A stretch of DNA of 64,000 bases, taken from the IMG/VR virus record IMGVR_UViG_3300043411_001904; one strand, 5' to 3'. The notes beneath the pieces are model-generated. The model did not search any database, was not told the DNA's origin, and was given only the letters and a program-made list of their open reading frames with translations. Of this stretch, positions 34,236 to 44,528 are shown piece after piece. Source of the stretch: an uncultured virus (IMG/VR IMGVR_UViG_3300043411_001904) (lineage: Duplodnaviria > Heunggongvirae > Uroviricota > Caudoviricetes). Each line of letters opens with the position of its first letter. Within the stretch, counting starts at the first letter, position 1. Both the position numbers and the translations under genes were made by a program.

Positions 34236-34523
34236 TTAACAATGTGATCTTGAATAATCTTTCCAAGAAGTTATGTTTCTACGATTTGCTTTTAGTCCAG
34301 ATCCAGTTAAATTTGATTTAATATCATTTTCAATACAAAATTCATTAAAAACATCTTGTTCTATATCACCACATTCGATCAAATCTTGAACAGACTTAAC
34401 AAAATCCGAATCATATGATTCACCCTTCTTTTTGTAGAAATTTAAAAGCTTTTGTAATACCCCCATTTGATTCATTATATTATCTTTTTCCATATTCCTT
34501 TTAATTTTTTTCACACCAATCAA
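34236..34523 (-). CDS. paralogous candidate precursor ending DYSRSHC
   Basis: N-domain LQKLLNFYKKK..GDIEQDVFNEFC aligns with 33876..34205. Confidence 0.6.
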   Translation of the reverse strand: MIGVKKIKRNMEKDNIMNQMGVLQKLLNFYKKKGESYDSDFVKSVQDLIECGDIEQDVFNEFCIENDIKSNLTGSGLKANRRNITSWKDYSRSHC

Positions 34524-35079
34524 AACTAGTCTTAATAATTAATTGGTTTCTAGATGATAAATATTCATGACCACTGATAAAATCAATTATATCCGTATGT
34601 AAATCACCTCTATATCTTAAGATCACAAAATCATTAAAAAATCTAATATTATATGAATTTAAATTTGAATCGAAACAAACCAAATTCAATGAACTAAGAA
34701 AAAGTTTTATCAATTTTGGATTTGTTATAAAGTAATTACCACTAGAGAAAATACAGTTATATGAAGAGTCTTGTATGCTAAACTTAAAACCATCGAAAAA
34801 CTCATTTAATTCTGAACAAGAATTGATAAAATCCATCATAACATTTCTATACTCATCAAAATTGGAGATAGTTAAAGAATTTTTTGATGAATCTCTAAGA
34901 GTTAATTTTAGATATGATTCAAAGTATTTAATAGAGTTGAAATTAAAATGATGATCTGAATCCATCCAAACACCATGTCCTGATTGATTAAGTGAATTAT
35001 GACTCCAATCTATCCGATTCGTATCTAATATATCAGAAAATAAGTCAGATAAATAGTCGTTCGTTGGAAACTCTATCAT
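34501..35079 (-). CDS. hypothetical protein
   Basis: 192-aa coupled ORF. Confidence 0.55.
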   Translation of the reverse strand: MIEFPTNDYLSDLFSDILDTNRIDWSHNSLNQSGHGVWMDSDHHFNFNSIKYFESYLKLTLRDSSKNSLTISNFDEYRNVMMDFINSCSELNEFFDGFKFSIQDSSYNCIFSSGNYFITNPKLIKLFLSSLNLVCFDSNLNSYNIRFFNDFVILRYRGDLHTDIIDFISGHEYLSSRNQLIIKTSFDWCEKN

Positions 35080-36086
35080 AGATTATATATTAGATCAGAT
35101 ATTAATTTTTTTGACTCTACATATCGATTAGACCAATCCCCACCAACTGTAATATACATCTTACAAAATCTCTCTAGATTTGATTTAAGTTCATTAAAAT
35201 GTTCCACTCTACCATTTAGAAACTTTCTTGTGCCATCTTGAACTGAATCACAATTTGGTTCTAATAAAATATATAGATCGTAATCATACGAAGTTATTTT
35301 TTTCGTAAAATATTCTTCGTATTTAATATATTCATCGGGACAATACATTTTAGAATAGGTGTATGTAGTGATATCCTCAGTGTCACAAACTATTAAACCA
35401 TTCGAATATCCAACCAACCAATCTTCCAACTCTTGTCTTCCCTCGGATATGTGATGAAAATCATCTATTTCTAAATTAGGTTTATTTTCCGCAACTAATC
35501 TACCATATTCAGGTAAAAAATTTGTATTAAAATATGAAGCAAGATTTTGAGTTAAATAACTTTTACCAGTTGATTCAGGACCAACAATAGCGACCCTTTT
35601 GACAAAAAAGGGTCTAATTTGATCCGATATGAATCTCCAATTTTTAATTGGATTGTTTCTAATCATCGTCCCGGATATAGGATATTTTCTACGGTCCTTA
35701 TCAACTAAAAAATGATCAATTCCTAAATATCTAGCAAAGTCATCACCATAGTCCTCAGAAGTAAAAACAACATCTAAACTTTCAACAATTCCATATACAA
35801 CAGGAACCCACAAGGAATAAAATTCATCTAGAGAATTAGATTCTTTATCACTTTGTGGTAATCCGGTATCATCAAAGATATAAACAGTAACATTTGTGTT
35901 ATCTTTATAAATCTCCTTTATACAATTAAATCTCAATTCTCCTGGAATCCATTGACTTGAATTATGACATATAACAATGTGAGTATGATCACTATATTTT
36001 ATAGCGGTGTCAATAAGATATAAATGCCCCAAATGTGGGGGCATTGCTTTCATTAATACTAATGAACTTCTATATCTTTTCTCCAT
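35076..36086 (-). CDS. nadR: NadR-type NMN adenylyltransferase / ribosylnicotinamide kinase
   Basis: PPHLGH, FTSEDYG, ISGTMIR, GPESTGKS, PEYGR, CDT. Confidence 0.9.
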   Translation of the reverse strand: MEKRYRSSLVLMKAMPPHLGHLYLIDTAIKYSDHTHIVICHNSSQWIPGELRFNCIKEIYKDNTNVTVYIFDDTGLPQSDKESNSLDEFYSLWVPVVYGIVESLDVVFTSEDYGDDFARYLGIDHFLVDKDRRKYPISGTMIRNNPIKNWRFISDQIRPFFVKRVAIVGPESTGKSYLTQNLASYFNTNFLPEYGRLVAENKPNLEIDDFHHISEGRQELEDWLVGYSNGLIVCDTEDITTYTYSKMYCPDEYIKYEEYFTKKITSYDYDLYILLEPNCDSVQDGTRKFLNGRVEHFNELKSNLERFCKMYITVGGDWSNRYVESKKLISDLIYNL

Positions 36087-36589
36087 TTAAAGAACCCAAA
36101 TACACAAATTATCAGGAATATAAAATATACTGCACTAGACAACCATAGTTTATTTTCAATGAAGAGAAATATCATAAATACATCACAAAGTATCCAAAAT
36201 ATCCAAGACTCAACCTTTCGATATATCATCAAATAAGATCCCAACAAACTTAAAGAACTTGTTAAAGAATCTAAAGTAGAATTGCTACCATTAAAATAAT
36301 TAGATATAAAATACAAAGCACCCCACATCGGAAAAACTATCAACAGAGTCCACCTATTACTTAAATAGGATATCTTTTCATTCGAAACTGTACTCCACCT
36401 AAACCAACCAACCAAAGATTGAACAGCAAATACAACTTGAATAGACATATTTATCCAATCCCTAGTATTCTGAAATATAATAAAGTAAAAAAATATACCA
36501 ATCAATCCCATTGGCCAATACATTACACTAGACCTATAGGCTAAAATGACAGCTGCCAAACTAAATAGAACCGCAAATATTTCTATCAA
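36059..36589 (-). CDS. pnuC: PnuC-family vitamin (nicotinamide riboside) transporter
   Basis: multi-TM; WPMG, GWFRW, LDS..SL.G.YLM..KVESWIFW..D. Confidence 0.88.
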   Translation of the reverse strand: MIEIFAVLFSLAAVILAYRSSVMYWPMGLIGIFFYFIIFQNTRDWINMSIQVVFAVQSLVGWFRWSTVSNEKISYLSNRWTLLIVFPMWGALYFISNYFNGSNSTLDSLTSSLSLLGSYLMIYRKVESWIFWILCDVFMIFLFIENKLWLSSAVYFIFLIICVFGFFKWRKDIEVH

Positions 36590-36590
36590 T

Positions 36591-38711
36591 TTAACTAATA
36601 TTGAATTTTAAATTCACAAAATAATTTCTCGTGGATCCGGGATAATATTGTCCTAATCTAAATCCATTTCCTGTCAACACTCCACCCGGTAACAAGTACT
36701 TTTGGTCCAAAATGTTATTGACTAATAAACCAATAGAAAAATTCTTAACTCTAATATCACATGTAAAGTTAGAAATATAATATGGACTAGTTGATAATTC
36801 ATCATCTTCCTCATTATTTAAATACATTTTACCAACATACATTCCATTCAAACCAATTTTAACTCTATTACCATATCTCACAAAATTATTCATAGTAAAG
36901 TTTGGTGAAAATGAAGACTTCCCAACTCCCCTAATCTCCGCATTTAAGTATGATCCATTAATTCCAAAATACCAATTTCTATAAGAGTACTCAGATTCAA
37001 TTTCTAATCCATATCTGTGACTCCTATCGGCAATTTGTCGAATAGGTAATCCATAGATATTATCAAACCCAATAATTAATCTTTCATTTCTAATATCCAT
37101 GTGATAAAAATTATAAGACATAGAAAACCTATCTATCCTTGATGTAATATCAAATTTATTGCCTACTTCAATATTAGTAATTATCTCTGGTATAGTATTG
37201 GGAAATATTTGATACAGATTAGGACTATTCAAATTTGATTCTCCAAGATAATCTGAATACATTGATTCCCCATTGATATAAACATTATCATTGGTATCAA
37301 ATAAATCAGATCTAGTGACTTCTCTACTAGTTTGACCAAATGACACCCAAGACTCATTACTGTCTCTAATTCGTTTAATTCCAAATTTTGGATTGATAAA
37401 GTCCCAACCATAATTTACCTTAGACCCATTCTCATCAGTGTATATAAAATCAACACCTCTGTATTGAATATCAGCAAATAATGAATAATCATTAGCTTTG
37501 TATGAAAATCGACTATATGCAATAACATCTTCCTTATTTCCAAAATTAGAATATCTCAAGGTATCTAAAGAAGATAAGTTATGCTCCCTCTGATAAATAT
37601 TATAATTTATTCCAGTATTGATGCTCAATCTATTTTTACTCCAAACCATGTTTGACATACCACCGCCTTGATAGGAAACTATTCCATATTTACCATATCC
37701 ATCTAGATTATAATAACCATTAACATTATTAAAATATATCGAAGAATTAAACACTATATGCGATCCCGTCGAATTTATCCAATTTAAAGCAGCAAAATTC
37801 TGACCAAATCTATCTCTATCATTTGGAGAATTGAAATTAATTCTATAGTTCTGATTTAGGGATTCCTTATCAATCGGAATATATGATAGATCGTTCATAG
37901 ACATACCACTAAACCCATATAATTTCAATATGTTCTTTTTATTAAAAAATCCTAATTGCCCAAAATAATTATACCCATCCGATCCAGAATTTTCTCTAAA
38001 TCCATCAGTTTGTAAATAGTTAAGACTAGATGAAAATGCAACTTTACCCAATAACCCAGAAGAGTACTCCAAATATGTTGAATTGGTCCCGAATGATCCA
38101 AGTCCAATTTGACCAATTATCTCACGATCTAAAATAGATTTTAATTCCATATTCACAGACCCAACGACAGATGATGTGCCATACTTAGACAACCCAACTC
38201 CACGAACAATATCCATCCTAGAGACTGAATTATAAAATCCAGGCATATTGCTAAAATAAATTCCCTGATCTTCCATTTCATTCATAGGAATTCCATTCAA
38301 AGTAAAATTAATTCTAGTCTGATCCATTCCTCTCATTCTTAAATATGAATACCCATATTGGGATCCGTTGTCTGATTGAACAGTCATGTTTGGGACTTTT
38401 CGACTAAGAGTAAAAAATGGATCTGATCCCGCGTTTGATACATCACGAACCGAATCAGATTCAATTGTCGTTATTGTAACTGGATCGGATTTAGTTGGTC
38501 TTATACCAATAACTTGAAATTCCACTAAATCCATCTCTTGAGAAAATGCGAAATTAGAAATTAGAAACAATAAAAGTAATATCCTTCTCAACTTGCGTGA
38601 AATATCATATTTTAGTCGATTTAAAGATATTTCTTTTAATTTTTTCAAAGTTGGAACAATGTCATAATACCTACCATTGAAAATATATGCATCATAAATT
38701 TTAGTGCTCAT
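36591..38711 (-). CDS. TonB-dependent outer-membrane receptor
   Basis: signal-like LRRILLLLFLISNFAFSQ; plug motifs RMRGMDQTRINFTLNGIPMN and VRGVG; C-terminal NNILD..YYPG..RNYF. Confidence 0.88.
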   Translation of the reverse strand: MSTKIYDAYIFNGRYYDIVPTLKKLKEISLNRLKYDISRKLRRILLLLFLISNFAFSQEMDLVEFQVIGIRPTKSDPVTITTIESDSVRDVSNAGSDPFFTLSRKVPNMTVQSDNGSQYGYSYLRMRGMDQTRINFTLNGIPMNEMEDQGIYFSNMPGFYNSVSRMDIVRGVGLSKYGTSSVVGSVNMELKSILDREIIGQIGLGSFGTNSTYLEYSSGLLGKVAFSSSLNYLQTDGFRENSGSDGYNYFGQLGFFNKKNILKLYGFSGMSMNDLSYIPIDKESLNQNYRINFNSPNDRDRFGQNFAALNWINSTGSHIVFNSSIYFNNVNGYYNLDGYGKYGIVSYQGGGMSNMVWSKNRLSINTGINYNIYQREHNLSSLDTLRYSNFGNKEDVIAYSRFSYKANDYSLFADIQYRGVDFIYTDENGSKVNYGWDFINPKFGIKRIRDSNESWVSFGQTSREVTRSDLFDTNDNVYINGESMYSDYLGESNLNSPNLYQIFPNTIPEIITNIEVGNKFDITSRIDRFSMSYNFYHMDIRNERLIIGFDNIYGLPIRQIADRSHRYGLEIESEYSYRNWYFGINGSYLNAEIRGVGKSSFSPNFTMNNFVRYGNRVKIGLNGMYVGKMYLNNEEDDELSTSPYYISNFTCDIRVKNFSIGLLVNNILDQKYLLPGGVLTGNGFRLGQYYPGSTRNYFVNLKFNIS

Positions 38712-38949
38712 TCGTTAATTTATTTATTTTAAAATCTCTTCTAATCCGTAAATATTCCACTTTGGATAATATTTTCCAATTATTTTCTCCACACATACAT
38801 ACAGATGCTCCTAGACTATCAAGAGTACTACCATAATAACTGACGCTAGGAAGACTCGGATGCGCTTGGGGACATGATTCTCCACAAGATCCACATATAA
38901 CAAAAATCTCAATTTCTTCTGTATGAAGATTATAGTTATAGTTACTCAT
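38701..38949 (-). CDS. small Zn-ribbon protein with RxxKI motif
   Basis: CGSC..CMC; RRDFKINKL. Confidence 0.55.
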   Translation of the reverse strand: MSNYNYNLHTEEIEIFVICGSCGESCPQAHPSLPSVSYYGSTLDSLGASVCMCGENNWKILSKVEYLRIRRDFKINKLTNEH

Positions 38950-39229
38950 CCTTGATAATTTTACTAATTTTATACTCTCGTAGATAGGGCAGTGAAATCT
39001 CCATAACTCTAGGATAAATATTTAACAAAAACTGAGACTTAAAGTGATCTGTGCGTCCATCGGTGAATCGACTGATCGACTGATCTAAAAAATTGATATC
39101 AAACATATCATCAATTTCTCCTGACTTAACCAAATCCCTTTCAATTTCTCGACAAACTGCAGCTATTTCATATACCTGTCCCTTTAGCAAATATTCCTTA
39201 ATATCTGTAACCCAATTGATTTTATTCAT
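38942..39229 (-). CDS. hypothetical protein with C-terminal RxxKI motif
   Basis: LREYKISKII. Confidence 0.6.
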   Translation of the reverse strand: MNKINWVTDIKEYLLKGQVYEIAAVCREIERDLVKSGEIDDMFDINFLDQSISRFTDGRTDHFKSQFLLNIYPRVMEISLPYLREYKISKIIKDE

Positions 39230-39543
39230 ACTTCTTCTCCAATTAAAACATCAAAAGTCATTCGAGAAGGAAAATGAAAAATTTTATTCTCACACACTGA
39301 AGAGGAAGCTGAAAATACTAAATCATCCAAATATAAAAAAGCATTAACATAATTAATCTTTCCATAGATAGGATCTATTTTTCTTCTAGAGGTTTGATCA
39401 TCAGAATTGAATAGATCAATAGAATATGGAAGTATATCATATCCAATTTTTATCTTTTTATCAATACCTATCTTACTATTAAGCTTTTTATAGTTCGGAT
39501 CATTAAATCCCATAACTACTTTAATTTGAAACTCGTTTTTCAT
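39226..39543 (-). CDS. hypothetical protein
   Basis: coupled ORF. Confidence 0.5.
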   Translation of the reverse strand: MKNEFQIKVVMGFNDPNYKKLNSKIGIDKKIKIGYDILPYSIDLFNSDDQTSRRKIDPIYGKINYVNAFLYLDDLVFSASSSVCENKIFHFPSRMTFDVLIGEEV

Positions 39544-39785
39544 GATTCTATTTTTTCTATATTCTTTAATCTGATGTAATCTTTTTTCGTAAAAACTTCA
39601 ATTACGTATCCATCCATTTCAAACTCAGTCGCATATGCAAAATAATTATCTCGATTTATCTTAGGATTATCTAAAAAACATTTCTCAATTGCCTCTTCTC
39701 TTGTAAGAGAAACAATGAAATACTCACGATGATTGGAACTCCACTCACCATTATTAAGACTAACTTTCCATATTTTTAAATCCAT
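39540..39785 (-). CDS. hypothetical protein
   Basis: TATATTTG promoter upstream; IRLKNIEKI end. Confidence 0.55.
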   Translation of the reverse strand: MDLKIWKVSLNNGEWSSNHREYFIVSLTREEAIEKCFLDNPKINRDNYFAYATEFEMDGYVIEVFTKKDYIRLKNIEKIES

Positions 39786-39800
39786 AAGTACAAATATATA

Positions 39801-39832
39801 AAAAAATCCCTCGGATGTTCGAGGGATTTTTT
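39801..39832 (-). terminator. intrinsic terminator after hsp20
   Basis: AAAAAATCCCTCG..CGAGGGATTTTTT. Confidence 0.8.
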
Positions 39833-39841
39833 TATCATATA

Positions 39842-40252
39842 TTACTTGATGTCAATTTGTTTAGATTTTTTAACCGGCTCAGATTTAGGAATACCTAATG
39901 TCAAGATGCCATTACTATACTTAGCCTCTATTTCATCCGAATTTGCATTTTTAGGAAGTCTGAAACTTCTTGAAAAGGAGGATTGATAAAATTCACGAAT
40001 AGTATAATTTTCATTTACCTCACTTGACTTATCTTCAAATTTGCTCGAAATGGTGATAATCCCATTTTCAACTTGGATATCAAAATCCTTTTTGTTATAT
40101 CCAGGTGCTAAAATTTCCAAGCTAAATTCTGTATCACTTTCTTTCACATTCACAAGTGGTGAAGAGATTCCATTTGTAAATGGCTTTTTGCCAAAAAATT
40201 CATTTAATAGTCCAGCTAGTGGATCATGTCTGTAGGTCATTAATTTTTCCAT
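39842..40252 (-). CDS. Hsp20 small heat-shock protein
   Basis: PLVNVKE..APG..SFSRSFRLP..AKYSNGILTLGIPK. Confidence 0.93.
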   Translation of the reverse strand: MEKLMTYRHDPLAGLLNEFFGKKPFTNGISSPLVNVKESDTEFSLEILAPGYNKKDFDIQVENGIITISSKFEDKSSEVNENYTIREFYQSSFSRSFRLPKNANSDEIEAKYSNGILTLGIPKSEPVKKSKQIDIK

Positions 40253-40296
40253 AGTATTTATTTTTTTAATACATAGGTATCAAAAACCATGCCAAA

Positions 40297-40668
40297 TTAT
40301 CTAATCAATAGTGATATCATATCATCCCTCTCTAAAATATTAATATCTTTTAATAAAAATGATGGATCAATGGAAACGGAACTCATTACATCATCATCGA
40401 GAGGAAAACTAAGAGGTCCCAAAAAAATTCTAAATGACTTTCTAGTCATAAACCCACCAACCTCTTCAGTTATATGAAATTTGATTTCTCGTAAACACTC
40501 AATGCTTCGTAAAAAATCGATACACTTCTGGGATTTAAAATCTACTACCTTGATTCTTTTTTTGGTTTTTCGAGATCTAATATAATAATGTACAAAATGA
40601 CCCAAATTATGAACTTCTATGTCATATTTACATAATTTAAAAAATACTTTCTTAGACACATCAATCAT
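40297..40668 (-). CDS. hypothetical protein
   Basis: ERDDMISLL end. Confidence 0.55.
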   Translation of the reverse strand: MIDVSKKVFFKLCKYDIEVHNLGHFVHYYIRSRKTKKRIKVVDFKSQKCIDFLRSIECLREIKFHITEEVGGFMTRKSFRIFLGPLSFPLDDDVMSSVSIDPSFLLKDINILERDDMISLLIR

Positions 40669-40898
40669 AAGTTGGTAGTTCCTTGAAACTTTCTATCTGA
40701 AACTGACAGAATGTTTCTAACTCCATTAATAAAATCATCACTAGAAATCTTCTCTGATTCTAAATCAAAATACAAATTATTAATCATTGATAATTTCTCT
40801 TTATCCGATCTCTCAGGATTAGCAACCTTTGGGGCATTTGGCCAATCATTTCTGTCCATCTCCTCACCTCCATAAAGCTCATTGAATTTTTTTATCAT
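40665..40898 (-). CDS. hypothetical protein (MIKKFNE tag)
   Basis: recurrent N-terminal motif. Confidence 0.65.
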   Translation of the reverse strand: MIKKFNELYGGEEMDRNDWPNAPKVANPERSDKEKLSMINNLYFDLESEKISSDDFINGVRNILSVSDRKFQGTTNL

Positions 40899-40911
40899 TT
40901 GCTAATTATTT

Positions 40912-42594
40912 TTATCTAAATTTTTTAATCCACTTAAAGGATTCAACTACTTCTTCTTTATTTATTAAAATTGAATTATCAAATTTTTGATTATCCACTT
41001 CTTTCCAAGACCCATCATCTAGAGCTCTCCAGTCTGATCCCTTCTTCTCTATGTCTGTCCAAACTTTTATAGCATTATCTCGATGAATAAATTTATCATG
41101 ATAAGAAGAATAGAGATAATCTTTACCATCATAATCCTTGACAATAAATTCGTCAGATGGATATATATGTTTTAAGTCTTCCGTCATTCTCCATTCCTTA
41201 GTAACTGAGCAGATACCACCATTATCATCTCGGTAGTCATTTGATACATAAACGTGATAATACTCTGAGAAGAAACAATCATTCGGATATCTATATCCCT
41301 CCACTGGCCCTCGTCGACCCTCTTCACACATTTCACAATAAATTAAATCATTAATGTCAATATCATCGCCATAAAACTCAACCCATATTAAATCTTCATC
41401 ATTCTCATTGTCAACATTACCCTCAGTCGATTCTAACCAAATTCCACCTTTTGCTCTTTCATTATTGGTTATAATTCCTGTGTCTGGATTATATGATTTA
41501 AATGTATCCATATAAGGATAATATCTATGAGAAAACTTTGTTAATTGTATTGTTACAATACCCAAATCAACAACTTGTCCGTTAGGATCATATGATTTTA
41601 AATTTGAACTACTGTTATTGTTATATTTTGAATAAGCTCCAATTTTTTTGGCATACTCTCGAAACAACTCAATATCTGAATCATTTGATGTATAGATTCG
41701 ATCCATAAATTTTTTACCATCATCAAATGTCCAGAGAATTGCCCTTCCTAAAATCTTATCAGAGTCTTCTATAGACTTAAATATAACCATCTCGACTTTC
41801 TTATTATAACAATAGATATCAAAGAAGTCCGGATTAACGCTCCGCATACACGATGCTCCTAATTGACCCTTATGATCGAAAAAATATTTCCGATAATTAT
41901 ACCAAACAGCTATTTCATCTCCAGAAACTATTTCAAAATTACTAAAGATATTATTTATAGCATCTACAGTCGATTTCCATCGATTAACAAATCCCTCAAT
42001 TTCTTTATCGGAAAACTTAACCCCTAAAGAATTAAGTAGTGATCTAACACATCTTCCTATTCGAGTATCTTGTCTATTATTTTTAAAGAATATATCATCA
42101 TCCCACATTTTTTCTAAATTAGACATATTGGTCATTATTGGAAAATAATCGGAATTATCAGGAACAAATTTAGCCCAAACCTTACCAGTATTAGGAGATG
42201 TCCACATTCTTTCAACTTTTCCCATTTCACCTTCAGGAATTGGTTTAATCTCTGTGGGTAGATCCATTCCCAAATTAGCATAGTATTTAGCATTATTTTC
42301 AACAGGATTCAATACATCGAATTTAGCAACCTTATACTTACCATAATTAGATTTATCAACAACCTCTTGATATTTTCGATCTGTTATAAACGTTACTACA
42401 TCATTAGTATCTGATTTAAGATCGAAATAATTATTTGAAATTGGCTTATCTTGTCCTTCATACTTAAGAATTTCATCCGCTATCGGATTTTTCATTTTTC
42501 GTAAAACATCCCTAAAATCTTTCGAAAAGGCAACAACAGACTCAGTAATCAAAAGATGAGATGTGAAGTTTTCAAAAAGAGACAAATAACGCAT
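40912..42594 (-). CDS. large late protein, GASCM..GRAILW..MDRIY..YPYMDTF family
   Basis: paralogue of 51077..52312; MRYLSLFENF tag; TAATATATA upstream. Confidence 0.7.
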   Translation of the reverse strand: MRYLSLFENFTSHLLITESVVAFSKDFRDVLRKMKNPIADEILKYEGQDKPISNNYFDLKSDTNDVVTFITDRKYQEVVDKSNYGKYKVAKFDVLNPVENNAKYYANLGMDLPTEIKPIPEGEMGKVERMWTSPNTGKVWAKFVPDNSDYFPIMTNMSNLEKMWDDDIFFKNNRQDTRIGRCVRSLLNSLGVKFSDKEIEGFVNRWKSTVDAINNIFSNFEIVSGDEIAVWYNYRKYFFDHKGQLGASCMRSVNPDFFDIYCYNKKVEMVIFKSIEDSDKILGRAILWTFDDGKKFMDRIYTSNDSDIELFREYAKKIGAYSKYNNNSSSNLKSYDPNGQVVDLGIVTIQLTKFSHRYYPYMDTFKSYNPDTGIITNNERAKGGIWLESTEGNVDNENDEDLIWVEFYGDDIDINDLIYCEMCEEGRRGPVEGYRYPNDCFFSEYYHVYVSNDYRDDNGGICSVTKEWRMTEDLKHIYPSDEFIVKDYDGKDYLYSSYHDKFIHRDNAIKVWTDIEKKGSDWRALDDGSWKEVDNQKFDNSILINKEEVVESFKWIKKFR

Positions 42595-42628
42595 AGATTA
42601 TATATTAACTTTTATATTTAAAATCCTA

Positions 42629-43399
42629 CTACATAAATGACAAAAATAATTTTGATTCCAATTGTCTTCTTTTACTAAGACCTTTAAATTTCTTAGATAT
42701 TTTAAATGTCTTGATGAGTTCTCCACACTTCTCATAATTCTTCTTTCTCAATTGTTTAGCAAGATCAGAATTGCGAAGTCCAGAAACTCCACCGTTATAA
42801 GCCAACGAAACTAAAGCATCAAACATATCCTGACTAACAGGAACATAATCTCCTGATTTTTTCCAATCACCAAACATTCTCCTAACACCATCAGCGGCAT
42901 CAGTTAAATCCCCAGTCAGTAAAAGACTAGCTTCACTATGACTTATTTCTTGTCCAACTCTGTACTTAGATTTGTTTATAGGCTCAGCATGTCCCCATCC
43001 AATTGTTATCATACCATCTCCAATTTTATACGCCTTTGATCTAAATCCCTCATGTTCTTTTATTAAATCTCTTCCCTTTTGAGATAATCTCATATTAACA
43101 GGATCAAAAAATCCCATATCATCAATAGACTCCACAACTTCATTTTTAATCTCAGAGGAAGAATCATCTAAAATCATACGTATAACAGCAGAAATTGGAG
43201 CGACGGTCATTGCTGAGGCTATAAAATCACCTAAAACTTTCTTTCTACTAACTTTAGATAACTTTGATACTCGATCAATTATTTTTATCCAAACATTTTT
43301 TATTTTATCAATAGAAGATGATTCGTCTAAAGATTCTATCAAATAAATACAATCTCTAAAGATTCTTTCTTGAAGAAATATATCATACCTGGAAGTCAT
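42629..43399 (-). CDS. GH24 phage lysozyme with N-terminal extension
   Basis: LIKEHEG..AY..TIGWGH..FDALVSLAYN..GLSKRRQLE. Confidence 0.9.
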   Translation of the reverse strand: MTSRYDIFLQERIFRDCIYLIESLDESSSIDKIKNVWIKIIDRVSKLSKVSRKKVLGDFIASAMTVAPISAVIRMILDDSSSEIKNEVVESIDDMGFFDPVNMRLSQKGRDLIKEHEGFRSKAYKIGDGMITIGWGHAEPINKSKYRVGQEISHSEASLLLTGDLTDAADGVRRMFGDWKKSGDYVPVSQDMFDALVSLAYNGGVSGLRNSDLAKQLRKKNYEKCGELIKTFKISKKFKGLSKRRQLESKLFLSFM

Positions 43400-43446
43400 T
43401 AATTATATATTAAAAAACAAAATATAACCTAATCATATACTTTACT

Positions 43447-43857
43447 ATGGAAGATAAAAAATCATTTGAATGCAAACATAGCTTCACAGTTTTTCCAAAC
43501 GATCTAAATTTCGTTGGAACCTTATTTGGTGGAAAGCTTTTAGCTGAAATGGATATAGCCGCAGCTAAATTGGCTCGAAGGCTAGTGTATAATAATAAAA
43601 ATGTAGATGGGTGTGTAACAGTATCTTCTAATTGTGAATTCCATAAACCAGCAATGCAGGGGGATATAATAAAAATGACTGTTAAGCTGAAAACCATAGG
43701 TCGATCATCCCTTGGGATGAGAATAAAAGTAGATAGAGAAGATATGACTGGATTCATTGAAAACATAGCAACAGGAAATTTTACATTTGTATCTGTTAAA
43801 GACAAAAAATCCGCAATTCATGATGTATCATTTAATGATGAGATAATAATGGACTAA
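43447..43857 (+). CDS. hotdog-fold acyl-CoA thioesterase
   Basis: VFPNDLN..GTLFGG.LLAEMD..GRSS..FTFVSV. Confidence 0.88.
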   Translation: MEDKKSFECKHSFTVFPNDLNFVGTLFGGKLLAEMDIAAAKLARRLVYNNKNVDGCVTVSSNCEFHKPAMQGDIIKMTVKLKTIGRSSLGMRIKVDREDMTGFIENIATGNFTFVSVKDKKSAIHDVSFNDEIIMD

Positions 43858-44528
43858 TGAGTTTTTACTTCGAAACCATATCAGAATCAAGGTCTAAAAA
43901 ACTAGAAGGTATCTTTACAGATATATCAGATATTTTAGAACTTCAATCTGAAGAATCACAAGGATGTATAGAATACTTCAATAAACTAATACTCAATGAC
44001 ATAGAGAAAAATATCAAAGGAGTCAAGTGTTGGGTAGCAGGAGGATCAATAAGAGATTATTTCACCATTGGTAAAGTAACAAAAGATATTGATCTGTATT
44101 TCACAGATGCTGATGATTTCACTCGAACATCAAATTATCTTAGACAGTCAGGAGAAATTATTTTTGAAAATAATAATTGCAGAAAAATTAAATACAAACC
44201 AAAAATATCATCAGATTTAGAAATAATTATAAATCCTAATCTAGATGTGAAAGAAATTGATATTGATTTAATAAAGATACATTCAATTTCTCCCGAAATA
44301 TGTATTGGTAATTTTGATTTTACAGTATGTTCAGCAGCTGTCACAACGAATAAATTCGTATATCACAAGAATTTCTTTACAGACCTAGAAAAAAGAAATC
44401 TAAAAACCATCTGTCCGGACCCCGAATCATTATTATATAGGATTCAAAAATATTCTAGAATGGGATTTACATTCAAAAAAGAAGAATTGGATATTCTAAC
44501 TCAGAAATATATAAAGATGGATGCTTGA
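43857..44528 (+). CDS. nucleotidyltransferase (CCA/poly(A) polymerase head-like)
   Basis: VAGGSIRD, KDIDLY, FDFT, RIQKY. Confidence 0.8.
   Translation: MSFYFETISESRSKKLEGIFTDISDILELQSEESQGCIEYFNKLILNDIEKNIKGVKCWVAGGSIRDYFTIGKVTKDIDLYFTDADDFTRTSNYLRQSGEIIFENNNCRKIKYKPKISSDLEIIINPNLDVKEIDIDLIKIHSISPEICIGNFDFTVCSAAVTTNKFVYHKNFFTDLEKRNLKTICPDPESLLYRIQKYSRMGFTFKKEELDILTQKYIKMDA

Noticed and set aside
38590..38950. TPP riboswitch upstream of the TonB receptor
   Set aside because: The region is fully coding and I found no TPP aptamer motif
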